DNA of 64,000 nucleotides from Somniosus microcephalus (GCA_052327205.1 CM126235.1:18910001-18974000); one strand, 5' to 3'; shown: positions 37,225 through 49,818, counted from the stretch's first letter. Notes: generated by a model not told the origin, from the sequence alone. A program made the numbers and translations.

Positions 37225-37895
37225 GACTACAAAGAGATTTGGGTGTCCTCGTGCAAGAAACACAGAAAGCTAGCGTACAGGTACAGCAAGCAATTAGGAA
37301 GGCAAATGGCATGTTGGCCTTTATTGCAAGGGGGTTGGAGTATAAGAGTGAGGAAGTCTTGCTCCAATTGTACAGGGCCTTGGTGAGACCACACCTGGAG
37401 TACTGGGCACAGTTTTGGTCTCCTTACCTAAGGAAGGATATACTTGCCTTGGAGGCGGTGCAACGAAGGTTCACTAGATTGATTCCTGGGATGAGAGGGC
37501 TGTCCTATGATGAATGTGTAGAATGGGCCGATACTCTCTGGAGTTTAGAAGAATGAGGGGTGATCTCATTGAAACATACAAGATTCTGAGGGGGATTGAC
37601 AGGGTAGATGCTGAGAGGTTGTTTCCCCTGGCTGGAGAGTCTAGAACCAGGGGGCACAGCCTCAGGGTAAGGGGTCGGCCATTTAAGACTGAGATGAGGA
37701 GGAATTTCTTCACTCAGAGGGTGGTGAATCTTTGGAAATCTTTGCCCCAGAGGGCTGTGGACTCTAGGGGAATCAAGGGATATGGAGATCGGGCGGGAAA
37801 GTGGAATTGAGGTCGATGATCAGCTGTGATCTTATTGAATGGCGGAACAGGCTCGAGGGGCCGTATGGCCTACTCCTGCTCTTATTTCTTATGTT
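37225..37895 (+). mobile_element. CR1 LINE 3' fragment
   Basis: QRDLGVLV...LVRPHLEY with a frameshift. Confidence 0.88.
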
Positions 37896-38086
37896 CTTAA
37901 ACAGGGTGGGCTGTTCAATTAATTGCATATTTAATTTTACATTGGCTGCAACTCTTTCTTCATCTAGAGTCCGACTTCTTAAAATGCCCCATGGCATGAA
38001 ACGGAATTTCACTGAGGGCAAGGAAACGCACGGGCAGGTGAGACGCCCCCTCCTTCAGACCCTCCTGCAGCACAGACGGCAAGGTG

Positions 38087-38570
38087 TCAGCCATGGCTCG
38101 GCGGGTATGGCTAGCGCACCTCGCCTCTGAGTCTGAAGGTTGTGGTTTCAAAAACACCCACTCCAGAGACTCGAGCCTGTAATCCAGGCCGACACTCCCA
38201 GAGCAGTGCCAAGGGAAGCGCTGCACTGTCAGGCGGTGCCGTCTTTCCGATGCAAGGTTAAACCTGTCCGCCCTCTCGTGTGGGCGTAAAAGATCCCACG
38301 GCACTATTGGAAGAAGAGCACGGGAAGTTCTCCCCAATGTCACGGCCAATATATAGCCCTCAACCAGCACCTAAAAATGGCCCAGGTAATGATACAGCAC
38401 ATAAGGAGGCCTGTGCTACCTGGTCATTATCAGATTGCTGTTAGCAGGAGCTTGCTGTGTGTTCCCTACATTACAACAGTGACTACACCTCAAAAGTACT
38501 GCATCGGCTGTAAAGCGCTTTGGGACGTCCTGCACTCATGAAAGACGCAGTAGAATTGCAAGTCTTCCTT
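38087..38570 (+). mobile_element. DeuSINE-type SINE (diverged)
   Basis: Family head, core and tail. Confidence 0.75.
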
Positions 38571-38893
38571 TCTCTGGTGGGGTCGTCTGTACCGTTTTAG
38601 CACCCCCACGCCCCCTTTTCACTAAGCAGAGGCTGGGAATGTAGCCCGCTCCACCCTCCCTCCCTATCCTACTCAATAACGGGTCACGCTAACATCAGGG
38701 ACATTTTTCAGAACGAAGTGTATCCTTGGATAGAGTGAGAACCGATCTGAAAGCCATTTGATGAAGTGAGTCTTGTTTACTCCAACAGCTGACAATAGCA
38801 CCTTTAACATAGAGAATCGAACGCAGAGATTCGCTTTTAACATCCAAAAGTGAGATTCAACAAATGAACATTTAAGCTAAAGCGAGCCGACCT

Positions 38894-39075
38894 CCCCCGA
38901 CATTGCTCACTGAGCATGTGCTGGATTTTATAACGACGGGCGCGCTGGGCCATGCTATGCCGCCCCCACCCCCCAGGTATTATTCCCCCGACATTGCTCA
39001 CTGAGCATGTGCTGGATTGTATAACGACGGGCGCGCTGGACCATGCTATACCGCCACCCCCCCCAGGTATTATTC
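38894..39075. repeat. Tandem duplication, 91-bp period, 2 copies
   Basis: CCCCCGACATTGCTCACTGAGCATGTGCTGGATT... repeated at 38894 and 38985. Confidence 0.9.
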
Positions 39076-39327
39076 TGCTGCTAACCTGCCACTGTGTTGA
39101 ATTTTCCCTGTTCCCTCTAAGGCCACAAAGTCTAAATGCGGCAAATAGGCACGCCATGAGGTCAATTAGAGGTTATTTGCTGTTGGGGAGGGAAGTTTGT
39201 ACATTGGGAGGTAATTTAAATTCACAGCTCGCTGGCAGGAGAAATCAACAGGAAATGACTGGCTTTCTTTCTTACTTTTGACATATTTGAAGTGTGACAG
39301 CTGTGCACTCAATGGAAGACTTTGATA

Positions 39328-39450
39328 ATTATCAATCTATCTATCTCTCTATCTATCTATCTATCTTTGTATCTATCTACCTTTGTATCTAGATATCTCT
39401 ATCTATCTATCTCTATCAATCTATCTATCTATCAATATCTCTATCTATCT
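39328..39450. repeat. (ATCT)n microsatellite, imperfect
   Basis: Direct reading. Confidence 0.9.
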
Positions 39451-40203
39451 TTTTTTTATTTATTCGTTCATGGGATGTGGGTGTCGCTGGCAAGGCCAGC
39501 ATTTATTGCCCATCCCTAATTGCCCTTGAGAAGGCGGTGGTGAGCCGCCACCTTGAACCGCTGCAGTCCGTGTGGTGAAGGTACTCCCACAGTGCTGTTA
39601 GGGAGGGAGTTCCAGGATTTTGACCTTGCATTTATATAGCACCTTTCACCACCACTGGATGTCCCAAAGCACTTTACAGCCAGTGAAGGGCCTAGAAATT
39701 CAGTTGGTTGCGCCAGCCGGTAGCGCCTTAGGAGGAGTAGATGTCGGGCGCTAGGCGGCTAGCGGCCGGGCGCAGCGCGATCTGCGCCTCGCCCCAACTC
39801 CCAACTTCACTCACGATTTAGCGGCGGCGCAAAGTCTTTGCGTGCGCTCAGCTGCGCGCGCAGATCATGACGTCATTTCCTCGTGCAACGCCCTTTGTGC
39901 GCCCCCAACCGGAAATTCAGTCGCGACGCCCCATTGTGCGCCTGGCGCCCCTAGCGACTGTTAGAGTGGAACGGTGCTCAGTCGATGCGGGGCGCGGGGG
40001 GTGCAAATTAAAGGGCACTCCTCCTGCACTATAAAAGGCTGCCATTTTGCAGCACTCCTTCTTGAGAGACGGATCTTTGCAGAGAGACCAAGGTAGAGAG
40101 CTTTCTGCTTTGGCCCAACACTCGGACAGGTACTTGTGGCTTCAGGCCACAGCTTTCCACTTGTCTTTGCCTTCATTGACATATCATTGTTTGCCAGCAT
40201 ATT

Positions 40204-41334
40204 ATGGGGGCTGCAATGGGTGCAAACACTGGCTTTCTCAATTGCATCCAAAGGGCTCACAGACGCCGTGAGAGAGTGGCAGCCCTGGCTAGACGGAGAG
40301 GGGGCAACAGGCGTCGGGAAAGGAGGCCTTACCCACCCAGGGTATACCGCCAGCAGTTCTCCTATCTCAACATGTCTGATGAGCAGTGTGTTCGGAGGCT
40401 GCGATTCAGAAGGGAGGTGGTCACAGAGATCTGCCACCTGCTTGGCGGTGATCTGCAGCCACAGCTGAGGAGCAGGACGTCTCTGTCGGTGGCAGTGAAG
40501 GTGACGGTGGCTCTCAACTTCTATGCCACCGGCTCCTTCCAATCTGCTACTGGGGACATTTCCAACATCTCCCAGTTCGCCGTGCATTGCTGCATCCGCC
40601 AGGTGACCAATGCCCTTTTCAAAAGGAGACGTCAGTTCATCTCCTTCTCCATGGCCCTTGCCAAGCAGCAACAGCGTGCAATGGGCTTTGCAGCATTCGC
40701 GGGCTTCCCCATGGTGCAGGGCGCCATTGACTGCACGCATGTGGCTTTGCGGGCACCTCTGGAGAATGCCGAGGATTACCGCAACCGGAAGGGCTACCAT
40801 TCGCTGAACGTCCAGCTGGTGTGTGACCACAGGCAGCTCATCCTAGCTGTCAATGCCCGCTTTCCAGGCAGCAGCCACGATGCCTTCATCCTGCGACAGA
40901 CTTCTGTGGCAGACATGTTCCAGGCCCAGCCTCACCCACGAGGATGGCTTATCGGGGACAAAGGCTATCCTTTGTGTACCTGGCTGATGACCCCGCTCCG
41001 TGCGCCCAGCACCCCTGCTGAAGAGGGATACAACGATAGCCATCAAGCGACCAGGAACATCATCGAACAAACAATCGGCGTCCTGAAGCAACGGTTCCGC
41101 TGTCTGGATCGTTCCGGTGGAGCCCTACAATATTCGCCGGAGCGAGTCTCCCATTTTGTGGTCATTTGCTGCATGCTGCACAACCTGGCTATCCGTAGGA
41201 CTCAGCCACTGCCACCAGACATTGGAGGACCACCTGAGGAGGAGGAGGAGGAGGAGGAGGAGGAGGACCAGCACAGGAGGAAGGCAGAAAGTGCAAGGGC
41301 CGCCCGTCGCCGGCTTATTGAACGTCGGTTCTAG
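40204..41334 (+). CDS. Harbinger DDE transposase (HARBI1-like), 376 aa, uninterrupted
   Basis: Motifs [44 protein letters not shown]; TATAAAAG at ~40030. Confidence 0.95.
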   Translation: MGAAMGANTGFLNCIQRAHRRRERVAALARRRGGNRRRERRPYPPRVYRQQFSYLNMSDEQCVRRLRFRREVVTEICHLLGGDLQPQLRSRTSLSVAVKVTVALNFYATGSFQSATGDISNISQFAVHCCIRQVTNALFKRRRQFISFSMALAKQQQRAMGFAAFAGFPMVQGAIDCTHVALRAPLENAEDYRNRKGYHSLNVQLVCDHRQLILAVNARFPGSSHDAFILRQTSVADMFQAQPHPRGWLIGDKGYPLCTWLMTPLRAPSTPAEEGYNDSHQATRNIIEQTIGVLKQRFRCLDRSGGALQYSPERVSHFVVICCMLHNLAIRRTQPLPPDIGGPPEEEEEEEEEEDQHRRKAESARAARRRLIERRF

Positions 41335-41533
41335 GCCCCCTCTCAGGGAATGGCTTGTGCCAATGTCAGCAGATGAATGTAGCCGCTCCACAAGCCCTCA
41401 GCCGAGCAGGGCAACCCGGACTTTACAAAAAAACCATGCACAGTGCAATTTAAGAACAATAATTTATTGCAAACCTCTGCCCTTCCCACATTACATCCTC
41501 ATGTGGAGAAGCCCCCTCCAAAAACACAAAACT

Positions 41534-41812
41534 ACCAGTCTCGGCCTTACAAAAAGAAAGAAAGACACCAGTCTCGGCCTTACAAAAACACAACTGCACC
41601 AGTCTCGGCCTTACAAAAAGAAAGAAAGACACCAGTCTCGGCCTTACAAAAACACAACTGCACCAGTCTCGGCCTTACAAAAAGAAAGAAAGACACCAGT
41701 CTCGGCCTTACAAAAACACAACTGCACCAGTCTCGGCCTTACAAAAAGAAAGAAAGACACCAGTCTCGGCCTTACAAAAACACAACTACACCAATCTCGG
41801 CCATACAAAAAG
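41534..41812. repeat. Dimeric array: 22-bp core ACCAGTCTCGGCCTTACAAAAA with alternating 11- and 9-bp linkers (9 cores)
   Basis: Cores at 41534, 41567, 41598, 41631, 41662, 41695, 41726, 41759 and 41790 (33/31 spacing). Confidence 0.93.
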
Positions 41813-41835
41813 CACCAGGCATTTGTGCATACCTT

Positions 41836-43706
41836 CTACTTTTTGCCCTGCGAGGGCGATGCCTTTCGCATCCTTGCCTGGCCCCTGCCCGCCCTGCAGC
41901 TCCTCCTCAATGGGAGCCCAGTGCCTGCAGCAAGGCTGGGGGAAGGCTGCTGAGGGGCAGATGGCGAGACGGCAGATGCCCTTGGGGGTCGGCCTGCACC
42001 AGCTCTGGCCTTGGAGTGGCCGGCTGCTGACTGCTCCAACTCTGGCTGGGCGGCAGTAGTCTGTCCAGCGGCTCGTGGCAGCTGCAATGGCGGAGTGGCA
42101 GTGTCGGCTGCAGGAATGGTGCCAACCTGGCAGATCGCAGGTGCTCGCTGGTCGCCTGAGACATTGGCACTCGCACGGGCCAGCACTGCAGCATGCGCAG
42201 CAAACAGCTGAAGAACAGACTGCTGGGCTGCTGCTGCGCGCGGCGAGTGCCCTGGCGATGCCTGGCTGATCCAGCGAGGGTGGCAGCAGTTAGTGCCCGT
42301 GTGGCCCTGGTCTGTGTCCGCATGACAACAGCCAGTGAATGGACGGCACGACTGAGCAATTGGCTCGAAGCCGCCTGTGCTGCCGCGAAGTCCTGTAGAC
42401 TCCTGGCTTGTGCTGCACTGAATTGACCCAGACTCCTGGCCTGTGCTGCTCCAAATTGCTGCACACTCCTTGACAAAGACTCAATGGAGTCAGGCATCCT
42501 TGCCACTGCAGCCATGAGCTCATTGTGCCTGCGCTCAGCCTGGACGGCCATTTCCTCCAGGAGCCGCACCTCCTCTGCGCTGACCGTCGCAGGACTGGAG
42601 GCTGCACTCACCCTCTGGGGAGAAGTCCGCCGAGCTTCCCCACCCCTCCCACGTTGCTGCAGGCCACTGGGCCCCGGAGCTTCACTCTCCTCCGACCCTT
42701 CCCCCCGGCTCCCCTCCAGGGAAGACGTGTCCCCTTCATCGCCATGGGCTGGCGCGGCTGAGGGTGGCACTGATGGGCCAGCTTCCTCTTCCTCCTCCTC
42801 GTATTCCGAAGCGCTGACAGTGGCAGCTTGAGGGCCCGCCTCCTCACCTGGCGATTCACCATCTGAAAGCAGGAAGGCACAAGAGTAGCTTTAGAGTGAG
42901 GACAGGGCGGCAGCGAGGGAGGCATGAGTGGTGCCATTCACTGCATTGGTCGGACAGTGGCAAAGGATGCTGATCTGAGGCGCAAGTGGAACGAGCGAGG
43001 TCAAAAAGGTGATGCCCTTACCACTGGCGCCCAGAACAGGGTCGGCATCTCCACTGGTGACGGGGCCAATCAGCCGGCCTGCCATAATGCGCTCCACACG
43101 CTGGTCGAGGTCGGAGAGCTCTTTTACGTCAGGACGGTCTCCCCCGGTGTCAGTTCGTTTCCGCCGGTTGTGCGCCACCTTGGCCTGCAAGAGAAAGGAC
43201 GGCCTCTAAGTACAGTGTGAAGCCCTGATCTTGTCTGCACTGCCTCCCATGGTAGAATAGCTTGTACAGTGTGAAGCCCTGATCTTGTCTGCACTGCCTC
43301 CCATGGTCGAATAGCTTGTACAGTGTGTAAAGTGCTGAATGTGCAAGTGATTTTCATGCCAGTCCCATAGCTGCTGGATGAGGGCTGGCCATTAGGGCTT
43401 TCAGGTCCCTTTGCCCATAAAGTGAGGTGCACATGCAGGGATGAGGAGGACACTGGAAAGGGTACTCACCCTGACAACCCGAGTGAGGTCGTTGAACTTC
43501 TTCCGGCATTGCACAGGAGTCCTGGCAACCACGCTGTTGGAAGACACCCTGTTTGAGACCTCCCTCCAGGCTTTCCGGTAGGCGCTGGGCAGCGGCCTCT
43601 TGCCACCTTCTGGGAACAGAACATGGCACCTGCGCTCCACTCCGCCAACCAGCAGCCTCAGGTCACCGTCGCTGAAGCGCTGCGCTCTCTCCCTGGCCTT
43701 CTCCAT
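41836..43706 (-). CDS. Harbinger Myb/SANT-like DNA-binding protein, 3 exons (43706-43470, 43184-43022, 42862-~41900)
   Basis: RFSDGDLRLLV...W..V...RTPVQCRKKFNDL trihelix motif; GT-AG sites phase compatible; C-terminal frame ambiguous (stop at 41907 or 41836). Confidence 0.85.
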
Positions 43707-44458
43707 AGCCCTGGGCGTTGTGCAGATGAAGCTGAAGTGGTCAGGCCTAGGTTGAGGGCTGCAGTGTGCAGGGCGTGGCAGGCAAACAAATCCACCCTCC
43801 CCCTTTAAGAGCTGACCGGCGCCAGAGTGTCTGCCGTCAATCAACAACTCGCCGCACCTGCGCTGCGCCCGGCCTCGGGGGTATCGCTCAGCACCGCCGG
43901 CTTAGCGCCTAAAGATAGTCGTGCATCGCCTGTTTTAGCGCAGCAGCAACCTCTTGGGGTGATGCGACTGAATATCGGCGAAGGTGGCGCGACTTTGCGC
44001 CGGGCGCAAACTTTAGCGGCCGCACGACTTTACCTCCCCAAAGGTGGCTATACTGAATTTCTAGGCCAAGATCTTTTGAAGTGTGGTCACTGTTGTAATG
44101 TAGGAAACATGGCAGCCAATTTGCGCACAGCAAGCTCCCACAAACAGCAATGTGATAACGACCAGATCATCTGTTTCAGTGATGTTGATTGAGGGATAAA
44201 TATTGGCCCCAGGACACCAGGGGGAACTCCCCTGCTCTTCTTCGAAATAGTGCCATGGAATCTTTTATGTCCACCTGAAAGAGCAGACGGGGCTTAACAT
44301 CTCATCTGAAAGACAGCACCTCCGACAGTGCAGCACTCCCTCAGCACTGCACTGGGAGTGTCAACCTAGACTTTTGTGCTCAAGTCCCTGGAGTGGGACT
44401 CTGAACCCACGATCTTCTGACTCAGAGGCAAAGGTCTGTCTGTCTGTCTGCCTGCCAG

Positions 44459-44660
44459 NNNNNNNNNNNNNNNNNNNNNNNNNNNNNNNNNNNNNNNNNN
44501 NNNNNNNNNNNNNNNNNNNNNNNNNNNNNNNNNNNNNNNNNNNNNNNNNNNNNNNNNNNNNNNNNNNNNNNNNNNNNNNNNNNNNNNNNNNNNNNNNNNN
44601 NNNNNNNNNNNNNNNNNNNNNNNNNNNNNNNNNNNNNNNNNNNNNNNNNNNNNNNNNNNN
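44459..44660. other. Assembly gap
   Basis: Run of N. Confidence 1.
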
Positions 44661-44744
44661 GTTAGAGTGAATATATGAAGATGTCTTTCTTTTCTCGTGA
44701 TGTGATGTTCATTCCGATTAATTATCTTCTCTTCTTCTCTGCAG

Positions 44745-44840
44745 CTTGTACAACCTCACCTCTCCCACATTAGAAAGTCCATTGATAAAATGGTGACTTT
44801 AACTCAGGAAAAAATCGCCATTCAGAGCAGCGAGTTGCAG
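44745..44840 (+). CDS. Exon of unidentified gene (LVQPHLSHIRKSIDKMVTLTQEKIAIQSSELQ)
   Basis: Long polypyrimidine tract + cag, CAG|gtaact donor, 96 bp open in phase 0; contains AAAATGG Kozak-like ATG. Confidence 0.55.
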
Positions 44841-44954
44841 GTAACTGGTTAGTGATAACTGCACAGCCAACTCCTGCTTCCAACCCCAGGCTCACCCAGC
44901 CTGTTCCGATCTCACTTAACCATTAGAATCTAACCAGCAAAAACACCAACTGCG

Positions 44955-45420
44955 GTCTGTCAGTCACACTGGGGTCTGTCAGTCACACTGGGGTCTGTCA
45001 GTCACACTGGGGTCTGTCAATCATACTGGGGTCTGTCAGTCACACTGGGGTCTGTCAATCACACTGGGGTCTGTCAGTCACACTGGGGTCTGTCAATCAT
45101 ACTGGGGTCTGTCAGTCACACTGGGGTCTGTCAGTCACACTGGGGTCTGTCAATCATACTGGGGTCTGTCAGTCACACTGGGGTCTGTCAGTCACACTGG
45201 GGTCTGTCAATCACACTGGGGTCTGTCAGTCACACTGGGGTCTGTCAGTCACACTGGGGTCTGTCAATCACACTACGGTCTGTCAGTCACACTGGGGTCT
45301 GTCAGTCACACTGGGGTCTGTCAGTCACACTGGGGTCTGTCAGTCACACTGGGGTCTATCAGTCACACTGGGGTCTGTCAGTCACACTGGGGTCTGTCCG
45401 TCACACTGCGGTCTGTCAGT
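44955..45420. repeat. Minisatellite, 20-bp unit GGGTCTGTCAGTCACACTGG (~23 copies)
   Basis: Direct reading. Confidence 0.95.
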
Positions 45421-46013
45421 CGCAGTGGATCCTATTAATCACAGAAAGTTCCGCCAATGAGTAGATTGTCTCTCAATCACAGCGCTGAGCTTTGCCTCTT
45501 CCTCACGGGCAACAGGGTGCTCCTGTGAGGTGAGTGACTTTATGTAAAGACTCTTGGTGAAAAATTTGTCCCCTTAGCGCCTCCCGTTAGCACCAGTAGA
45601 TGGCGCTAATGGGACGTTAGACTAGTATCGCCGGGGTGAATCGAATCCAGCGCCACACTTCATATCTGGCCCCCCTCGTAAGAGTTATCACCGGGAACGT
45701 CAATGCCAGGTAGATCGTGATGCCAGTGAGTGTGCAATGCTCACTGACTGCCCGATTTGCAAAATTGATTCTTGCCACTTACCTCATCACCTGGAGTAAA
45801 CACCGACAGGGAGAGCAGGCGTGCAGCACCAGGAAGCTGGCTCCAGGGATGTTATTTAAAGGGATCATCAGTAATCACTCGCAGTTTCAGTGTTTTTTTT
45901 GTTAGTTTCATTCAGTGATTTCAAGGTTCTTTTGTATCAGTAGTCTTCTGGCAACTAAAAAGTAGCTACATTTATTCTTCAAAGATTCAAACTGCTGCCC
46001 TTGGCAACATTAA

Positions 46014-47142
46014 TGGGGGCTGAACTGGCACCACCTCGCCCTCCAGGATCTATGGCAGAGGGAGCGGAGGCAGTGAGAAATATGGGAACATGTGCGCATA
46101 GGGAGGAGGAGGACCATCAGGGCTCTCACCAGGTGTCCTTACCCTCTGAGGGTATTCTGAGAGCACTTCTCCTACCTTCAATTAAGTGAGGAGCAGTGTA
46201 TTAGGAGGCTCCGCTTCACCAAGGAGATGGTCACAGAACTCTGCCACCTCCTGAAACCAGACCTCCAGCCTCAGACCAGGGTGACCACGGCTCTCCCAGT
46301 GGCAGTCAAGCTCACTGTGGCCCTCAACTTCTTCGCCAGTGGATTCTTCCAGTCTGCAGCAGGAGACATAGCTAACATCTCACAGTTTGCCGTCCATCGC
46401 TGCATCCGTGGGGTTACTAAGGTTCACTACAGCAGGAGAAGGGACTACATTGTCTTCCTGATCACCAGGATGAGCATGCATGTGGCTTTGCCAGGATAGT
46501 GGGCTTCCCCATGGTGCAGGGCGCCATCGACTGCACCCACGTGGCTTTGCGGCCACTGTAACTGCAAAGGCTACCACTCACTTAATGTGCAGTTGGTGTG
46601 CGACCATACACAGCGAATCCTTAATGTCAATGCCTGCTATCCTGGCAGCAGCCACAATGCCTTCATCCTGCGCCAGTCTGGTGTGCCAGCACTCTTCCAG
46701 CCACCACGCCAAGCTGCTCGGAGACAAAGGCTATCCGTTCTCCACCTGGCTCATGACTCCCTTCCGCAACTCCAACACTCGTGCCCAGCACTCATCTAAT
46801 GAGAGCCATGCTGCCACCAGGAACATCATCGAGCAGATCATCGGCTTATCGAAGCAACGGTTCCGCTGCCTTGAGCGCTCAGCTGGAGCCCTCCAGTACT
46901 CGCCAGAGTGGGTGTCCCATTTCGTGGTGGTCTCCCGAATGTTCTACAACATGGCCATCGTGAGGGCCAAGCCCTTGCCGGCAGGGATTGCGGGACCACC
47001 TCAGGAGGAGGACGAGGCAGAGGAGGCTGAGGATGAGGAGGAGGATGAGGATGAGGAGGAGGAGGAACAGGAGGGAGGAGGCAGCGAGACAATTGGCCTT
47101 TTGGACGGGCTGTCTGTGGCTGACTCCATCCGATTCACATGA
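46014..47142 (+). pseudogene. Frameshifted Harbinger transposase
   Basis: Pieces VTELCHLL..VALNFFASG, GAIDCTH, LGDKGY, RNIIEQ in different frames. Confidence 0.9.
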
Positions 47143-47504
47143 ATGAAACCTCAGATCCCCGTCGCTCACCACATCCCCATCATACCATCCCTGTCTCATG
47201 CCGTATCACAGCATCCTCCTGGGTGCAAAGGTGAAACGAGAGAGGCCACAAAATATTCCAAACACCATTAATGAATTTATCTATAAACATATCACACATA
47301 TCACATGAATTCTAATAACTTAATGACCCTTGTGCCTGCCATAGTTGAATAGCTGTCATTGTGTGCAAGGTGTGAGATGTGGGGGTGAGTGTTGCTAGGT
47401 CGAGATTGTTGGTGGGTGAGTGCTGGGGATGTGGTGCTTTGGGCTGTGTGTGAAAAGTGTGGTTCAGATGGTGGTATGTAGCATTTGCTGAAGCATTCAC
47501 TCAC

Positions 47505-47747
47505 CTTGACCACCCTAGTGAGGTCGTTGTATTTCTTCCTGCACTGTGTGTGGGTGCTGGGGACCACAGTGCTGCCCGAGACGTGCTGCGCTATCTCCCT
47601 CCACATGGTGCGGAAGACTTGCGGCGAGGGCCTCCTGCCACTTGCCAGGTAGAGCACCGCCCTCCGTCTCTCCACAGTGAAAACCAGCGCCTCCAATAGT
47701 GCATCGGAGAATCTGTGGGCTCTCTCCCTGGGGCGTGGATCTGCCAT
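47505..47747 (-). pseudogene. Harbinger Myb/SANT exon 1 remnant
   Basis: MADPRPRERAHRFSD...QCRKKYNDLTRVVK|gtgagt; donor in same position as in the intact element; later exons missing. Confidence 0.85.
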
Positions 47748-48572
47748 GAGCACACCTGGTTCAGTCCTCCGGCTCCTCCTCCTTGTTCTACTTCTGCTTG
47801 CTGAGGCAGCTGCACAGACAGCAATGCTGAGAATGAGGTGCTGCAGCATCAATGAACCTCCCCTTTAAGTAGTGAAAGAAGCCTGTGGCAATGATGAGTG
47901 GCGATTAGACTGCACCCGATATTGGTCCACCCTTTGAGTGTAACGCCATTGAGCTTGGGTTTTAAGTCTTGATTTAGGACTCCAATCATTTTACTGAACA
48001 GAGAGGACGAATTTTGCCTGCAGTCTAAAGCATTTGCGCCTGGCGCTAATTCTCCAGCTTTGCTACTGACACTGCCTATTCCTTGGCTATAACGAATTTC
48101 TAGCCCAGATCTATCTACCGACGGGGCCTCTGAGTGTATTTCAAGGAAATACCGTCCCCGTCGGAATAGATCAGTTGAATCACACCGGGGCGGGGGGGGG
48201 GGGGGGGGTGCGGTTGGTGCAGGAGGATCCTTCGCACCTGTGGTCTAAATTTTATTGGAAAAGCTTTTTATTTTCTACTGAAGCTGAGAAAACTTTCAAT
48301 TGTCACAGAGATACGCTGCTCAGATGGCTGCCTTTGGTGTTTGGCAGCACAGTGCAGGATCACACCAGACTGCCCGCTGTGGGCCGTTAGCTAAACCCAA
48401 CCTACTGGGGAGTGTGCCCTGGTGTCCCATAGGGGTTAGCAACCCTGCGGGATTGGCCTGGAGTCTCCAGGAATTGAAGATTAATCTCCAGGGCGCTACC
48501 GCCAGCAACACCCGCGAGAGAAAAATCACAGGGGGATTTAGTTTTTTAACTTTCTTTCAACGCTGTGTCAAC

Positions 48573-49035
48573 CTGTGGCTCAGTGGGTAGCACCCTCGCC
48601 TCGGTGAGTCAGAAGATTGTGGGTTCACGTCCTCACTCCAGGAACCTGAGCACAAACATCTCGGCTGACACTCCCAGTGCAGTGCTGAGGGAGTGCTGCA
48701 CTGTCGGAGGCGCCGTCTTTCAGAGGAGAGATCAAACCAAGGCCCCCATCTGCTCTCTCAGGTGGACGTAAAAGATCCCGTGGCACTATTGGAAGAAAAG
48801 CAGGGGAGTTCTCCCCGGTGTCCTGGGGCCAATATTTATCCCTCAACCACCATCACTAAAACAAATTATCTGGTCATTATCACATTGCTGTTTGTGGAAG
48901 CTTGCTGTGCACAAATTGGCTGCCGCGTTTCCCACATTACAACAGTGACTACACGCCAAAAAGTACTTCATTGGCTGTAAAACGCTTTGGGACGTCCGGT
49001 GGTCGTGAAAGGCGCTATAGAAATGCAAGTCTTTC
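48573..49035 (+). mobile_element. DeuSINE-type SINE, full length
   Basis: Complete head, core and tail. Confidence 0.88.
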
Positions 49036-49818
49036 GTTTGTTTATTGGTTATAAAACTATTGGAGATGTGGGGGAGGGGGAGAAAAGCTGTTTGACTGAC
49101 AGTTAGGAATCAGCCAATCGGGTAACAAAGTGTCAATTAGCCGTGTCAAGGCGGGGCCTGTGAGTATTGACATGCCGGGCGGCCAATGGCGGGAGAGTGT
49201 GGGGGGGGCGGGGCGGTTGGAGACAAGAGGTCATGTGATGCAAATCTCCAGGAATACACCAACCCGAGTATCCCGGGGGAATGAACAATTATGGGGCCTT
49301 CCCAGCCTGTGCGGCTCAGTAGCTCACCGAGCTATGGGGAACAGGCTAGGTTAACAGCTAACCGTGACTATTCTAAGTGGGGTGACAGCGAGTCAGCTAT
49401 TTATATTCGGCTCCAGTCCCACCTGCCCCCCCCCCCCCGCAATTTCCTCCCCCGTCTCTTACCAAAAGAGCGCAGGCTAACCCTGGAAGACCCTGGTACC
49501 TCGTGCGAGAACCGAACTGGTGAGCCTCGCCAGGCTATTCGACCATGAAAGCCACAACCTAACTTTTAGTGCAGGCCCCCCACCCCGGGATTGTCATCGG
49601 GCATTAGCCTAGCGAGGAATGGTGCCAGGCAATTCGGCCACAGAGGGCATCACAGCCGGTTCCTACCCTCACCCAATGTCCACAGCTGCGCACCTTCCAG
49701 CAGCAACCCCTGTCAGATTTTGCCCCTCCTTAACCAGGGGGCACTGAGGTGAGTAGGTAGAGTCCCTAGTGCTGCAGCTCACCGAGCCCAGACGTTTTTA
49801 ATCTCGTTCCTCTTTCAG

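Larger units (their letters stand above)
39689..44067. mobile_element. PIF/Harbinger DNA transposon, full length (4379 bp), inserted in a minus-strand DeuSINE
   Basis: Perfect 16-bp TIRs GGCCTAGAAATTCAGT, 3-bp TSD AAG, convergent transposase and Myb/SANT genes. Confidence 0.95.
45555..48106. mobile_element. Decayed, internally deleted Harbinger transposon
   Basis: Right end GAATTTCTAGCCC resembles the first element's TIR; left end degenerate; same convergent gene layout. Confidence 0.8.

Noticed and set aside
40204-41334. Domesticated host HARBI1 gene
   Set aside because: Enclosed by TIRs and a TSD with a Myb partner and inserted in a SINE, so it is a transposon copy
41534-41812. CRISPR-like repeat-spacer appearance
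   Set aside because: Only two alternating short linkers, no cas genes, eukaryotic transposon context
45445-45529. Possible exon ending at gtgagt 45530
   Set aside because: Stops in the frames needed to connect to adjacent exons
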